A DNA stretch of 64,000 nucleotides from Oopsacas minuta. Its lineage: Eukaryota; Animalia; Porifera. Within the stretch, counting starts at the first letter, position 1. Every line of letters starts with the position of its first letter. The notes beneath the pieces are model-generated. The model saw only the letters and a program-made list of their open reading frames with translations, searched no databases and was not told the origin of the DNA. Of this stretch, positions 1 to 13,499 are shown piece after piece. A program made the position numbers and the translations under genes. The stretch spans positions 262,801-326,800 of the forward strand of contig JAKMXF010000155.1 of NCBI GenBank assembly GCA_024704765.1, read 5' to 3'.

Positions 1-652
1 CAGGTGATGAGACATGGATATACCATTATGATCCAGAAACAAAGCGAATGTCAAAGGAGTGGGTTGAAGAAGATGCCCCACCTCCAACCAAAGTGCGGAG
101 TGCTAGGCCTGTTGGGAACAAATGCGGGTGATTTTTTTCAGATCTAGTGAGTTTGTCGAAGCTGTGGCCTTCGAGGATAGAAAGACTGTTACTGCCGACT
201 GGTACACTACAGTGTGCCTACCCAAAGTCATCACAGCAATTAAGTCACAGCGGCAGAAGACAGGCATTAGAGGAATTCTTCTTCATCATGATAATGCATC
301 ATCGCATACGGCAATCAGAACTCGTGAGCTTTTGGAAAATTCTGGACTCAAAACATTACCTCACCCACTCTACAGTCCTGATTTAGCCCCTTGTGACTTC
401 TGGTTGTTCCCTAGACTCAAAGATCAATTACGTGGGAGGAGATTTTCGACTAATGAGGAGTTGAGAGGGGCACTTTTCCAAGCGATCGGAGACATACCCA
501 AAGAAGAGTGGAAAAAATGTTTTGATAATTGGTTTACATTAATAAAAAAATGTATAGATTGTCAGGAGAATATTTTGAAACTATGTAATAGTCAATTTTG
601 TAATTACAATCTGATATGTCGGTCAACGTCAAAACTTTTCGAGTGCCCTTCG
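1..652 (+). mobile_element. mariner (DD34D) element, 3' part, frameshifted transposase
   Basis: GDETW read from position 3, then after a frameshift near 120 LHHDNASSH and YSPDLAPCDFWLFP. The terminus ...GAGTGCCCTTCG is followed by TA at 653-654. The 5' end lies outside the window. Confidence 0.9.
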
Positions 653-850
653 TACATAATACATTTTAGGTACAACTATAGAATCCGACACCCTCCAACT
701 TTTTTATGTGGTCGAAAATCACTATTTGCACCGTTGAAGAACTCATTGAGAGAAGCTGATAGAGCTTTAGAACTCAACAATCGGATGAGAACTGACAAAG
801 TTACGAAAGATCTTCTAAATAAGCCAAATCCTATGGAGAAAATTGTATTA

Positions 851-2161
851 CGGGGGTTGTTCAATAAATAATGAGACTTTTTCCATAATTGATAAAGTAA
901 ACCTATACTTATCATAATTGATTATCAAATGTTTCGATAAATTCCCTTTTAACATCATACATCGATTCCATCGTTCTGGTAACTTTTCCAGCCCAGTGGT
1001 ATAGAATTCTTTAGGGGTCCCTTTTTCCCACTGTTTTATTTCGTACTCTAGCCGTTTGAAATCCCCAAATCTCTTCCCTCGAAGGGGTTTCTTCATCTCT
1101 GTAAACAGCCAGTAATCGCTGGTAGCCAGGTCTAGACTATACGGGGGATGAGGGAGGCATTCGGGTCCTAAGTCCTCAATTGCAGCCATTGTTTTGGAGC
1201 TTACATGGGGCCTTGCGTTGTCATGTTGCAGCAATGCGCCAGGTGTCAACTTGCGTCGCCTCTCACGTTTAATCGCTTGACGCAATTCTTTCAATTCGTC
1301 AACGTAATAATCACTGTTTATGGTTGTCTTCTCAGGCAACCAGTCGAGGTGTATAATTCCTTCTCTATCCCAAATCTGTTGCCATTCTCTTCCCTGCCGA
1401 TTTTGTGGCCTTTACCTTGATGGGTACAGGTTCATCACGTCTCTTCGACTGCTTCGATTGAGTTTTGCTCTCTGGTTCATAATAATGAAACCAAGTTTCA
1501 TCCCCCGGTTACTATACGATTTAAAAGTCTTCCTCTTTCTTGTATCTTGAACGTAATTCTTTGCTAACTCTGACCCTTTCGCGTTTTTGTTCTTTGGAAA
1601 GAAGTTTTGGGACCCAACACGCAGTTACCTTCGACATTTCTAGATCTTCAGTGATAATCGAGTGTAGTGTGGCTTTTGATATACCTACCCTTTCTTCTAA
1701 CTCTTGCAGGGTTATTCGTCTGTCCTCGCCCAAAAGTGTTTCGGCCCTCTCGATGCAACTGCGATTTTTTGAGGAGGTCGGATGACCTGGACGAGGTCAT
1801 TGTGGAGGTCCTCATCTACATTATCACAAGGTTCGATCCATCTTTATATGGTTGCTTTCGAAGTACATTCATCACCGAAAATATCCTGCATTTCCCGAAG
1901 AATATATGAGCCATTATTCCCCTTTTTCCACAGGTACCAAATTTTTTGTCGTTTTCCTTCTTTGCTAAAATCCATTCGGTGAAAAAGTAGCCTATACAAA
2001 TGAAACTTTATACTGAAGAATATACTAGTAGAGTAGAGAGAATATTGTATAGAAGTTAGACAATCAAGTTAGGCTTATAATCTGATATTAGGCTTAGAGC
2101 TGTATTAACAAGAATATTTGAATTCGATACATTGGTCTCATTACTTAGTGAACAATCCTTG
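851..2161 (-). mobile_element. mariner (DD34D) element, decayed, inserted in the left Merlin TIR
   Basis: Imperfect TIRs CGGGGGTTGTTCAATAAATAATGAGAC / CAAGGATTGTTCACTAAGTAATGAGAC, with TA on both sides. Minus-strand fragments WVPKLL, LQHDNARPH, HPPYSLDLATSDYWLF. Confidence 0.9.
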
Positions 2162-3108
2162 TAGCCACTATACTGAAATATTGCTGATGAATTCTATACA
2201 AACTACCATAGGAATGCACATTTAATCAATGTTGCGGTTATATCAACGCTTGCGTCAATTGATTGATTCTTTTATGAATTTATTAGTTTGCGTAATTTGT
2301 AGTTACTACTATTAAGAACAGTCAATTTACACCTGGTGTGGCCTGGTACCCAAAGGGGCGAAAACCTGGACACACCGTATATCTCGAAAACTATAATTCG
2401 CATCGCTTAGCTTTAAAAAGGAAGACGGTAGGTCTTGGCGTCATCTAGCCAAAAGATACCACTTGGACCACATCCAGCTATCCTAACAATAGGTGTTATG
2501 CACTATTAATGTTGCTAAATAATCATCAAGTAGATTTCAAAGATATCTTAACTAGGATTTATTTGTTGCTTAGAAAAACACATCTTGAACTAAGATGAAT
2601 GATAAAGGCATTTCAGTATCGCCAATTTTACTCTGTTGGTGATATATATTAGTTGTTTAGTATATCTGTACATGCGGCTTCTTTACTTAATGATTCTAGA
2701 GGTTTGTTACAAGCCTCACAGTCCACAGTACAGCTATACAGTAAGTATCCGTATACACAGTGGCGTAACATGCTAGCATGAGCGTATATCCAGGTGGGAT
2801 GGAGGAGGAAGCGTCCCCCCACTTTTGAATAATTTACGATGATGTACAACAGTAATTTTAGCGATGATTTTCGTACCAAATTACAAGATTTAAGATTCAT
2901 CCCATAATTAATTGATCTATGCCCTTGTTTGCCAGCGCCATCCCTTGCCCATGTTCCAAGTTAACATATTTTGCTCATAATTAACCCATTCTTTGCTAAA
3001 GTCAGTCTGGTTATAATGTAGTTTGTGCAAATTGGGTTCGAGTACTGATTCCCAATATATTTTTAAAATTGACTAAAGGAATATCCATAGAGAATACGTG
3101 CATTGTTA

Positions 3109-3183
3109 AGCCATCCATACACGATGCAACTTGATTGATTGCAACTGTTGTATGCAACAAAATTGCATCGTGTATGTTGTGCT
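3109..3183. mobile_element. 75-bp palindromic mini-MITE, PIF/Harbinger-like
   Basis: Arms CATACACGATGCAA / TTGCATCGTGTATG, flanked by TTA on both sides. Confidence 0.5.
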
Positions 3184-3533
3184 TTAGGTTATATTATACC
3201 TGTGTATGATTTGACTGAAATTCCCAACAATTCAATGATCATAGTATATGAATTTGAATATACGTACTACTCGATAGTTAATCGTTGATAGCAACTTGAT
3301 ACCACTATGATTTTCTATCACTAATGAAAATCTACATTCCTTTGAACAAATTATACTTAAGTTACACTGTGCAATAAAATGTTGACCACAAAGAACCACA
3401 TAATCTAAGCTTTAATTGTATCGCTTAAGTAAATAGCATTCCAAAAAAGTGAATGTGTTGTAATGTACGTATGTTAGTATATAAAGACTATTCGTACATT
3501 ATTTTGTAACATGCTGCTATCATTCAAACCACA

Positions 3534-5806
3534 ATGGACCACACAATATTCCTCGAACCCTTGATTATATCTGACATTTCAGCAAGCTTTTTACTCTCTG
3601 ATCTCTTACAGTTGTCCTCTTCTCTGGAAAATACTATTGATTGACTTAAGCATTACAGGGTGTAACATAATTGATGACTACTTCACTGTACCTATATACC
3701 ATACAACCTCACTCATATTTATTTAACTATAGTAAAAGTTTTGCCATTATCCGATTATATCAATCCTTTGTACCATTTATTTATGCATTTTCAAACTAAT
3801 GTTCATGTCTATGTCCAAAAATATTTAATAGTTTATGCTCCCTAATATCTTAGCAATATCATGGTCAAAGAACACAAGATTAATATTAGAAACCAGGCTG
3901 TAGGGATGTTATTAGGTGGTATGAAGCAAAGGCGCGTTTGCAATTTACTTGGAGCATCCTTGCGTACTGTCGGACGATGGTGGACCCAATACCAGAAGGG
4001 AATCTCATTGGAAAATAAATGTGGTAGAGGACTGAAGGTTTCGTTATCAAAAATTGGAAAATCGTCATTTCTAAGTCACTAACAAAGAAACACCAATCTA
4101 CAAGAAAATTGTCGGGAAAACTTAAGTCTAAGGGTATTATAGCATCACATATGACTGTCCAAAGGTATCTCAAGAATTCTATTGGAGCAACTAGTTATAA
4201 AAGACCGCTTCAGCCAAGATTATCCGAAAAACAGATTAAAGATCGGATTTCTTTCTGTAAACAGACAGTCAATTGGACTGTTCAAGATTGGCGTATGGTG
4301 TTATTTTCTGATGAATCCCCCTATGAATTATTCCACATACCTAATAGACAAAATGATCGTGTATGGGCAAGGAAGAAAGAATCAGTGGCCCCTCTGAGAA
4401 AATTAAATTTCATTCTAAGATACATGATTGGGGAATGATGTCATACAATGCGATATCAGAACTGCATATTATACCTAAGTCCTGTACAGTTACTGCAAAA
4501 TATTATATCGAAGAAATACTGAAGAAGTCTCTGAAGATCGCACTAAGGAGGAAAAGGAAGACTGGAGCTGTTCTAGTCAGAAGATTACTCTCAAACATGT
4601 CCAGGTACATCTTTCAGCAGGACGGGGCACCAGCTCATAATGCCATAAAGACTCAAGATTGGTGTAAAGACAATCTGAATTCCTTTTGGGAGAAAGGTAT
4701 TTGGCCAGGCAACTCGCCAGGCTTAAACCCAATAGAGAATTTACGGGCCATCATCCAAAGCAAAATTAATGAAATGGAAGTAGCAACCAATCTAAATATG
4801 CTTGAAAAACAGCTGAAACTGGCATTCTCTCAGATTTCCCCTGAGATTCTCGACAATCTGGTGAGTGGTATGCCTGAAAGGATTAAAACTTGTCTCAAAT
4901 ATAAAGGCAGATATATAGGAAAATAGATTGGACAGTGAATTCATCGAACGTTAATTCATGCATATTTTTTCTGTAAGTCATCAATTATGTTACACCCTGT
5001 ATGCTTATTACCATGAGGAGTCCAGTGCAGATTCGGTTTCAATAATGTATGTAGGTGCATTTACCGATTCTAAGAACAGTAACAATTGGAGATCTAGAGC
5101 GTGTAAGACAACCGGTTCACTTCGTTATGAGTCCTTCTTCAAGAGTTCAAATCTATCTCTTCCCTCTCTATTGCAGTTCTTGTATTTTTGGAGTGTAGAT
5201 ATACAGTCACATGCATTTCTTAGGAGACACTTGCAACGGTCCCCGAATACTGTTGTAGACTGGAAGAGTTTTATGGGAGATGTTTGCATTGAGGATCTAA
5301 TAATAAATCAGGAGCCAATAGGCGGGCCCGGTACAGTGGTGGAGATTGATGAATCGAAATTTGGGAGACGAAAATATAACCATGGTAGATTACTCACTGG
5401 TCAATTGGTTTTCGGTATATATGAGCAAGGTACTGATAACGTACTGATGATTCCAGTTCCCGATCGCTCAGGTGCAACCCTACTTGCCATTATTCAGCGA
5501 TATGTATTACCTGGAACAACCATCCACTCAGACGGATGGGCTGCTTATAATGTTGTCCCAGCTGCAGGTTACGCTCATTACACTGTAAACAACTTTGAGA
5601 ATTTTGTGTATCTAATTGACGGTGCACAAACACAAGGGATGGAAAACGCTTGGGGTATGGTCAAGAAAAGGCAAAGAAGAGGCCAAACAACAAATCCTGA
5701 ATTGCTAGAATCCCACCTTATCGAGTTTTGTTGGAGAAGAAAGAATAAAGGAAACATCCGATATAGCATCGTCAAGTGTATTAGAGAATTATATCCTGTT
5801 GTGTAA
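3534..5806 (+). pseudogene. Merlin transposase split by a TRT insertion (3534-3655 joined to 5002-5806)
   Basis: Removing 3656-5001 restores one reading frame, MDHTIF...TID*LKHYAYYH..., with one premature stop. Motifs GGPGTVVEIDESKFG, TIHSDGWAAY and QTQGMENAW are of ISXO2/Merlin DDE type. Confidence 0.85.
3656..4999 (+). mobile_element. Tc1-related TRT element (DD37E), frameshifted
   Basis: TIR CAGGGTGTAACATAATTGATGACT at both ends and TA TSD. Motifs LFSDES and FQQDGAPAH...WPGNSPGLNPIEN, with 37 residues counted between D and E. Confidence 0.9.
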
Positions 5807-6157
5807 TTTAGTTGTTAATATATATAGTATTACTTTGTTAAGAATAGTTACATTATACACTCTTACATCACATACTTGCTAAATGTTATCATAAGCTATT
5901 CTAAGGGATATTGAGACTAGTAAAATGCGTCCGTATTGCCTCGAATAACTGCCCCTAGAGCATAGGGTGGCTTGAAATAAATGCTCACCCCGGCTAATAT
6001 TATAAGCTATGTTGTGTTGTTAACAGAATCTTGTTGTTTACTGTTAACGACATACTATTATTAGCTGTTAACAGTAACAATTGCAACTTCCGTTGGCTAA
6101 TATCAGCTGCTGCCGGGCTGTTTCTATTCCTGTCTTATTGACGTCGTGATCCCTGTA

Positions 6158-7058
6158 CAGTTAAGGGACAAAAGTATTCGACCACACAAATATATTGTCA
6201 TGAATTGTATACTCTTTCCCGTTCCTATATACTGTATAGTCTATATTCGTAGCTGCAATCTAGTAATTTGCATAGAATAACATGTTTTTCAAGAATTTCA
6301 AAAAAATATTTTCGATTTACACTTTTTGAAGGTGTTATTTATTAATAATTATTAGATAATTATTGATAATCAAAATATGTGGTAATTCAAAACCTATTAA
6401 GAATCTATATTTTCTGACTTGATATTTGAATTCTACTTAGGCGAGTTACCCCAGATTAAATTTTCAATGGGATTGAACAATTTTGCCGGAGTTATAGATG
6501 AATTTCAATTTGTGCCATTTGTGCCACCTTTTGCCCAAGGGGCACAAGTGGCCGTTACCAAGAGGTTATTTTGTAATTCAAGGGTTAGCATAGTCATATA
6601 ATTCGAAAATATTACTATGACTTATTCCTCCTAACCCTAGTTGATTTCCTTGTAGTGGCGCTTTTTCCAGCCACCAGTGTCACTTTTTGCGACAAGTGGC
6701 ACAAATTGAAATTCTTCTATAACTTTGGTAAAAATTGTTCAATCCCATTTGAAATTTTAATCTGGGGTAACTCGCCTAAGTAGAATTCAAATATCAAGTC
6801 AGAAATTATAGATTCTTAATAGGCTTTGAATTACCACATATTTTGATTATCAATAATTATCTAATAATTATTAATAATTAGCACCTTCAAAAAGTGTAAA
6901 TCGAAAATATTTTTTTGAAATTCTTGAAAAACATGTTATTCTATGCAAATTACTAGATTGCAGCTACGAATATAGACTATACAGTATATAGGAACGGGAA
7001 AGAGTATACAATTTATGACAATATATTTGTGTGGTCGAATACTTTTGTCCCTTAACTG
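6158..7058. mobile_element. Foldback MITE (Tc1/mariner-type, TA TSD)
   Basis: Near-perfect inverted arms of about 370 bp starting CAGTTAAGGGACAAAAGTATTCGACC, around a ~190 bp unique core, with TA on both sides. Confidence 0.9.
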
Positions 7059-8243
7059 TATAAGCGCAGGAAGTATTTCAGATCATACATATTTTACAAA
7101 TAATTTTTACACAAACGAGCTGAAGAACTAGTTCAACGAAGAGATTACTATTTGCAGACAGTTTACTTGCAAACGGACCGAAACAATAATACATAAAAAG
7201 TCCCACTGCAACAATTCAACTTGTGCTTTTCACATCAGCCCAGACCCAAGAGCAACCAGGCCATGACACTATCTAATCCCGTTCCTATATCGCTAGCTTA
7301 TAGACTCAAAGGTTCCTAAAACAGCAAACGCGTTTGCACCTGGATAACAACATGAATACTAAGTTGGATCTGGTCATTTGTAGCTACAAAATAGGTGAAT
7401 AAACGTATAAATATAAAAGTTGTGGCATGCCACCTTTTGTTGCTTCTAGGGTTTCTGAAGCCAGTGCGATAAAATGACAAGCAACGTGACCAGTTCTACT
7501 TAGGTTAAATATATCAATTTAGAATATTTCTATGCAACAAATGAATCCTAGTTAAGATATCTTTGAAATCTACTTGATGATTATTTAGCAACATTAATAG
7601 TGCATAACACCTATTGTTAGGATAGCTGGATGTGGTCCAAGTGGTATCTTTTGGCTAGATGACGCCAAGACCTACCGTCTTCCTTTTTAAAGCTAAGCGA
7701 TGCGAATTATAGTTTTCGAGATATACGGTGTGTCCAGGTTTTCGCCCCTTTGGGTACCAGGCCACACCAGGTGTAAATTGACTGTTCTTAATAGTAGTAA
7801 CTACAAATTACGCAAACTAATAAATTCATAAAAGAATCAATCAATTGACGCAAGCGTTGATATAACCGCAACATTGATTAAATGTGCATTCCTATGGTAG
7901 TTTGTATAGAATTCATCAGCATTATTTCAGTATAGTAGCTAATTAATTTTCTCCATAGGATTTGGCTTATTTAGGAGATTTTTCGTAACTTCGTCAGTTT
8001 CCATCCGATTTTTGAGTTCGAAAGCTCTATCAGCTTCTCTCAACGAGTTCTTCAACGGTGCATATAGCGATTTTTGACTACATTAAAAAAGTTGGGGGTG
8101 TCGGATTCTATAGTTGTACCCTTTTTTGACCACATTGGCCACATTTTTGACCACATTATAAAAGTTGGGGGGGTGTCGGATTCTTTAGTTGTACATTTTC
8201 CTTTAACCTTTTTATATTCATTTTATTTTTGAATACTTTTAGC

Positions 8244-8672
8244 ATGGCTTTCCACTCAGATAAATCTCAACATCTCGACAAAATTGGTAATGTCAAGAAA
8301 TTGGCAATTTTAACTAGTGGTGGTGATTCCCAGGGGATGAATGCCACAATTAGAGCAATCACACGCGTTGCCATTTATCATGGAATTGATGTATATGGAA
8401 TTTATGAAGGGTTCAATGGCCTAATTCAGGGTGGAGAGATGATCAGACGCCTTTCATGGGACCATGTTTCAGGAATTATACAGAAAGGGGGAACAATTCT
8501 GGGAACAGCTAGATGTAAAGAATTCCATGATAAAAAGGGTAGGAGATGTGCTATTCAGAACTTATTGCTGAATAAAATTCAATATTTATGTGTAATTGGT
8601 GGCGACGGTAGTCTTACTGGTGCATCACTTCTATCTGATGAGTTTGATGAACATTGTCTGACTATATGTGAG
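8244..8672 (+). CDS. PFK: ATP-dependent 6-phosphofructokinase, first visible coding exon
   Basis: LAILTSGGDSQGMNA, GGTILGTARC and CVIGGDGSLTGA are eukaryotic PFK N-half motifs. Ends at GAG|GTAATT (phase 0). Confidence 0.92.
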
Positions 8673-9727
8673 GTAATTATTGTTATTCCGCTCTTAATTA
8701 AGATATTTTGTAAGGTTCTTAATACAGATTTAAGCATTAATCTACAAGTTTATCTATTAACATCCAAATACAACTTGGATTGCTTGGGCATAACAGGCCA
8801 TTTCATTTGTCACGCTCTTTATTGACAATTTGTGATGATATCCATTAAAACGAGTTTTCCATTCATTTATTCTCCTGCTTTTGATGAGATTTCCAGTCCC
8901 GCACAGTGGCACTATATGTGGAATAGTATGATTGAGCTTTTGTAAGGCGAATATTCGAATTGATCTCCCTCTCAATCATCCATAACATTCTGAATTCTTA
9001 TGCTCGTTGTATTTGATTTTCCAGTACTCAAAGTTAGCCCTATAGACGTTCCGAAAACGACAATTTCTGGATTCAATATTCCTCACCAATGTAACTATGA
9101 ATGTTTTCGCTTTGCTAATTCAAAGTTTGTTATAATGACTTCACCAATACATATAATCCTTGTATTTCCTGTGAATTGCCTACCCTTCGTCAGTCAAAAA
9201 GTTGTTGCTTCATTGGATTCGAAGTATGCAGATAATTTGGTGTGAGGTTGTAAACCTCTAACAACATTAGTATTGCCCTGATGAATCTAACTTCCGGTTC
9301 AAAAACCGATCATATCCCTTTAAGATTTATTTATACAACTACTCAAACAGCCAAGTCGCCAGCATTTGCATCCAAATGTTGGATTATGATATTTGCATAT
9401 TTCTACTATTTCGTACTTAATGTATACATTATCGATTCTTTCCAATGCAACAGCCATATTTTCTAGTAAATTATTATCATTGCAGTGATAGATTTAAAGT
9501 AAACAATTTATAGGGTTGATGACTAGCACTTGGACTTTATAAGATTGGGATCTATGAATACTTAACATCTTTAGTACCCGCGTAGTATTCCACATTGATA
9601 CAATCGGAACCAGTTTTTGCTTACCATTTCTTTGCTGGAAATTTAGTTAGAAAATCCGATTGTATGAATATACCTTTGGAAAATATATGTAAATCCAATA
9701 TTTTTTACAATCTGAAGTTGAGAATAT

Positions 9728-10365
9728 GGTAAGAAATTCGCCTCTGTATATTTTGATCGAATTTTTGTAGAACTTTGATCAAATTTTCTTATGTCGAACT
9801 TTGATCGAATGATGATAAAGGCAAATTTGATCAAAGTTCCACTCAAATGTCTTCAGTCGAACTTTGATCGAAAATTGTCGTGCTTCACGACATCACAATA
9901 TTTAGGGGCACTCCCTGACCCCTCATGTAATGCCACAATGCACCAGACTCGACTGATTTGAATTTGGGAAGTGCTAGCACTTTTATTTATTAATTAGAAA
10001 CGAGTACCATTGTGAGAGGATTAGGGATTTAGTTCGCTACCTTATGGCTCTGAAAGTTTTTATTTGTGTTCGTTTTCAGCCACTAAGGGATCGGGAGTGT
10101 GGAATTTATGCTAATTTTATGATTGGATAGAGTTTTGATGGAGTGACCATTTGAAAAGCTTATAAATGGCAGATCCTTGCATTTTTTGTTGGATTTTCTC
10201 CATTTTTGATCAATGTTCTCATTTTTCGATCAAAGTTCGACTGAAGACATTTTCGTAGAACTTTGATCAAATTTTTTCTTTCATCTTTGATCAAAGTTCG
10301 ACATAAGAAATTCGTTCAAAGTTCTACAAACTTCCTAGATCAAAATCTACAGATTCAGAATTTCC
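9728..10365. mobile_element. MITE in PFK intron 1 with subterminal GAACTTTGATC repeats
   Basis: Region ~9730-9880 is an inverted copy of ~10220-10365. Both carry repeated GAACTTTGATC/GATCAAAGTTC motifs. TSD not resolved. Confidence 0.65.
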
Positions 10366-12220
10366 AGTTTTGACTGTATATGCGTCTTATTTGTGTAAAC
10401 CTATTAAAATGTCTAGAACCCAATACGGCCGAATCTTACATTCATAACGAAAAAGAACAGTAATTTTTCCTGTTCGTTTTAACCTATTCCAGCATTATAA
10501 TCGAGATTTATGCACCTTTTTGACTCACTAATATGACACATTTTCCCTGCTGTATTTGGTTAACTGGAAAAGCAGAGACTCTCTGCATGTTTTTCCAAAG
10601 AAATCTAAATACAAAGGCCTATTTTCCTTATAAACAGGATAATTGTGATTTTATATGTTCATTTGGCTGAATAATTGCCAAAATTGTATTTTTCATTGCG
10701 TTTGAATTTTATTCGAGATTTCTTGTTGATATTTGTAACTGCCGGGCTCATTTGATGGAATCAATTTTCAAAAACTGGGAGCAATTGCTAAATGGGATAA
10801 TTTCAATTGACGTTTGTGAGTCACTTTTCTTCGTTACTATGAACAATATCTCCAATTATGCTCAAGTGCCCCACTAAATTGCTGTAAATTTGACCCTAAG
10901 TTTGAATCTGATAGTTAAAATTGATTAGTGAGATTTCGAACGGTTTGCCCCTTGTGGACGTATCGGTAAATTAGCAAACAACCACTATCTAATCCCAAGA
11001 TGTCATAGGAAATATGTCCTTCGGAAGTGGTCTCCATCCTAATATTGTTCAGGAGCCTCGAAAGTAGAAGTGCGCTAATCTTCATGCTTTTAACCACTTG
11101 TTTACAATATTTAGCTCGAGCCACGAACTGCCTGGATGAGAAATTGAATATCAGCAGAGCCGTCACCTGCACAAAATGTGAATATCTCAAAAAAACAAAT
11201 GGAAACCAAATGAAATATTCTATACAATGAATTGGCAATAAACAGTTTTTTATAAAATACTAAGAAGGTTTCAATATATACATTTTTACTACCTCTTATA
11301 TGGTTCCGATTTACTTTGAGGTTTGTTTCAGTTACAGTTTTTGCTAGGTTTGAATTACAACTCAGTGTATTAGTGTTTGATTTCTCCATATTTATATACA
11401 TAGCAGTTTACAAAGCAGTATACAAATAATTTTCAGTTATTTTAGTTTAAGGTAAAATATTTATTCTAATATTTGTAAATCCTTGGCCAAACATAAAAGT
11501 AGATTCGTGACGTCATAATTCAGAACCATTGGCTATTGTCCTGAATTTTTCACATTATTTGCCACTGCTTCGCCAATATAAGCTAGATATTTGAAATTTG
11601 AATCACAGCTACCACCTATAATGTCCTGACATCATGATTTAAAATTTCTTTATAGCTGTGGTATGAATTGCCGAGATTACTAACCAAAAGCTATGTAGTA
11701 GCTCTAGTGTCACCACAGAAAGCCAGTAAAACTAATTTTGATTGACCATCATATCTTAAAATTTCTGCTATTTCTACATTCGAGTCACGTAGTGCTGTAT
11801 ATATCAAAAGCAATAAGAAATATTGCTTGCATATACTCGGCTAAAATGAGGCACTAAGCTGTCTAGTAGTATATCTGTCTTAGATATTTGGTTCTTTTTA
11901 GTATACAATCTGAGTGGGGGGCGATAGAATTGTCAAGATCCGCTAAGGGGCGACCGGCTGAAAATCCCTGCTTATAGATACTTTGATTAATTTTATCATG
12001 TAAGCGTAATAATTTTAGCTAATTGTATGATTATACTCTTTACAAATGACTATACTTCACTATGACATATATATTCCATCCTCCTTTTTTCTTAGCAATT
12101 TTGTACACATTCCCTGTTTTTATGGTATTTTCCTCCGATATCCACGAATTTACTCTTTATTCTATTTTTTGCTTCACTATATTTATTTATACTAATACTA
12201 TTCTCGCCTGTCTTTTGTAG

Positions 12221-12499
12221 ATGCAGAGCATTCCAGATATAGCGTCTATTTCATCTAAAATGACATTTTTGAACGTTCTTGGTATTGTTGCATCTATTGA
12301 TAATGATATGTGCGATATTGATATGACCATTGGTACTGATTCCGCACTGCATAGGATAATAGATGCTGCTGATTCAATCAAAACCACAGCTGGTAGCCAC
12401 CAACGTGTATTTATCATCGAGGTAATGGGAAGGCGGTGTGGACATCTGGCTCTCATGTCGGCCTTAACCACTGAAGCTGATTATTTATTTATCCCTGAG
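12221..12499 (+). CDS. PFK: 6-phosphofructokinase coding exon 2
   Basis: Acceptor TCTTTTGTAG|ATG. Motifs [31 protein letters not shown] and ADYLFIPE. Donor GAG|GTTGTT (phase 0). Confidence 0.92.
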
Positions 12500-13499
12500 G
12501 TTGTTATTAATATAAGCAAAGTAAATATAATCTACCTGCACGCTACGCTTGTTTGGTTGTTGCCTAACGGCAGTTGTTCATCACTTGGTGCCTCTGATTT
12601 GCCTTATGTATGAAACAACTAACCTTCTCATACTTATATTGGTCACTACGCGACTTGTTATACTCAGTACTATTTGCCTTGTAGTCCAAATAATAACGGA
12701 ATGTTATGAAATGTCATTCATTGTCTGTCCATATTGCACTTTCTTCCTTTGGTAACACTGGAAGCTGATCTACACTTCACCTTCCCATTCACATGTGCTA
12801 GTATTTTTAGAAATTGTGCCCGTAAGATGTAATCGAATTCTTTGTCTTGATAGAGGTAGGGTGACCAGAAGTTTTCACCAAAATCGTGGACATTTTCAAT
12901 TATTTCTGAAAAATCCTGGACATTCCTAATCAGGAATGATTTAAAATTGTATAATAAACTGGACATCGTATATTTGAAACATTTGGTGTATTTATGTAAC
13001 ATATTACGTAATTTTTGTAAGATATATTACTAAACAAACATAACCAACATACTAATAGTCCTTTAGTTCTAGCATAAATAAGGGGTTAACAAGGTTTCAG
13101 CCTAATAGTTCAATATTCATTTGGACCAAATTATTTGCCAAATAGTTTGACATTTAGTTGGCTCCCGAATATCAGATTCGGTATTCGGTTAACTATCAAA
13201 TACATTCGGTTGGCCAAAAATCAATTGACAAATAATGATGATAGTTAGAGGAAATTTGTAAAATTTGGTCATATTACTACTGATATTTCTCCTATTTAGA
13301 TAGTAGAACGCATATACCCTAATTATTAGTCTCGAAATTTGGTTTCTTGGTGTCCATTTATCACTATTCATTTGCTTTTGTTCAATCAACACAACTTGAG
13401 AGACCTTTCCCCTACTCAATTTTTGAAGATATAAAGTTTCCATTGAAGTATCCTTTTCGTTATCTCCCACGAATTTTCCATCCCTAAGACCTGATTATT

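Larger units (their letters stand above)
669..8194 (+). mobile_element. Merlin (IS1595/ISXO2-like) DNA transposon with ~600 bp TIRs, carrying nested insertions
   Basis: The left arm (GGTACAAC..., 669-848 plus 2164-~2576) is the reverse complement of the right arm (~7527-8120). A second copy of the terminus ends at ~8194. The left flank ACATTTTA nearly matches ACATTTTC at the right end. There is an internal Merlin-type transposase. Confidence 0.75.

Noticed and set aside
580-871. C-terminal extension of ORF 122..871 as a novel fusion protein
   Set aside because: It is frameshift read-through past the mariner TIR into the Merlin TIR.
4958-5806. Bacterial IS1595 insertion or contamination
   Set aside because: It is embedded among eukaryotic TEs next to a spliced gene and has long TIRs, which fits eukaryotic Merlin. 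The ORF's first residues come from the TRT TIR.
8673-8825. Tail of ORF 8229..8825 as PFK coding sequence
   Set aside because: PFK similarity stops at the GTAATT donor and resumes in frame at 12221.
8902-8909. CACAGTGG in intron 1 as a third Transib end
   Set aside because: No partner end, no inner motif and no transposase nearby, so it is consistent with chance.
8757-9245. Possible LINE reverse-transcriptase remnant
   Set aside because: Only a vague resemblance (FALQKLNHTIPH) and no YADD or GxxQG motif in register.
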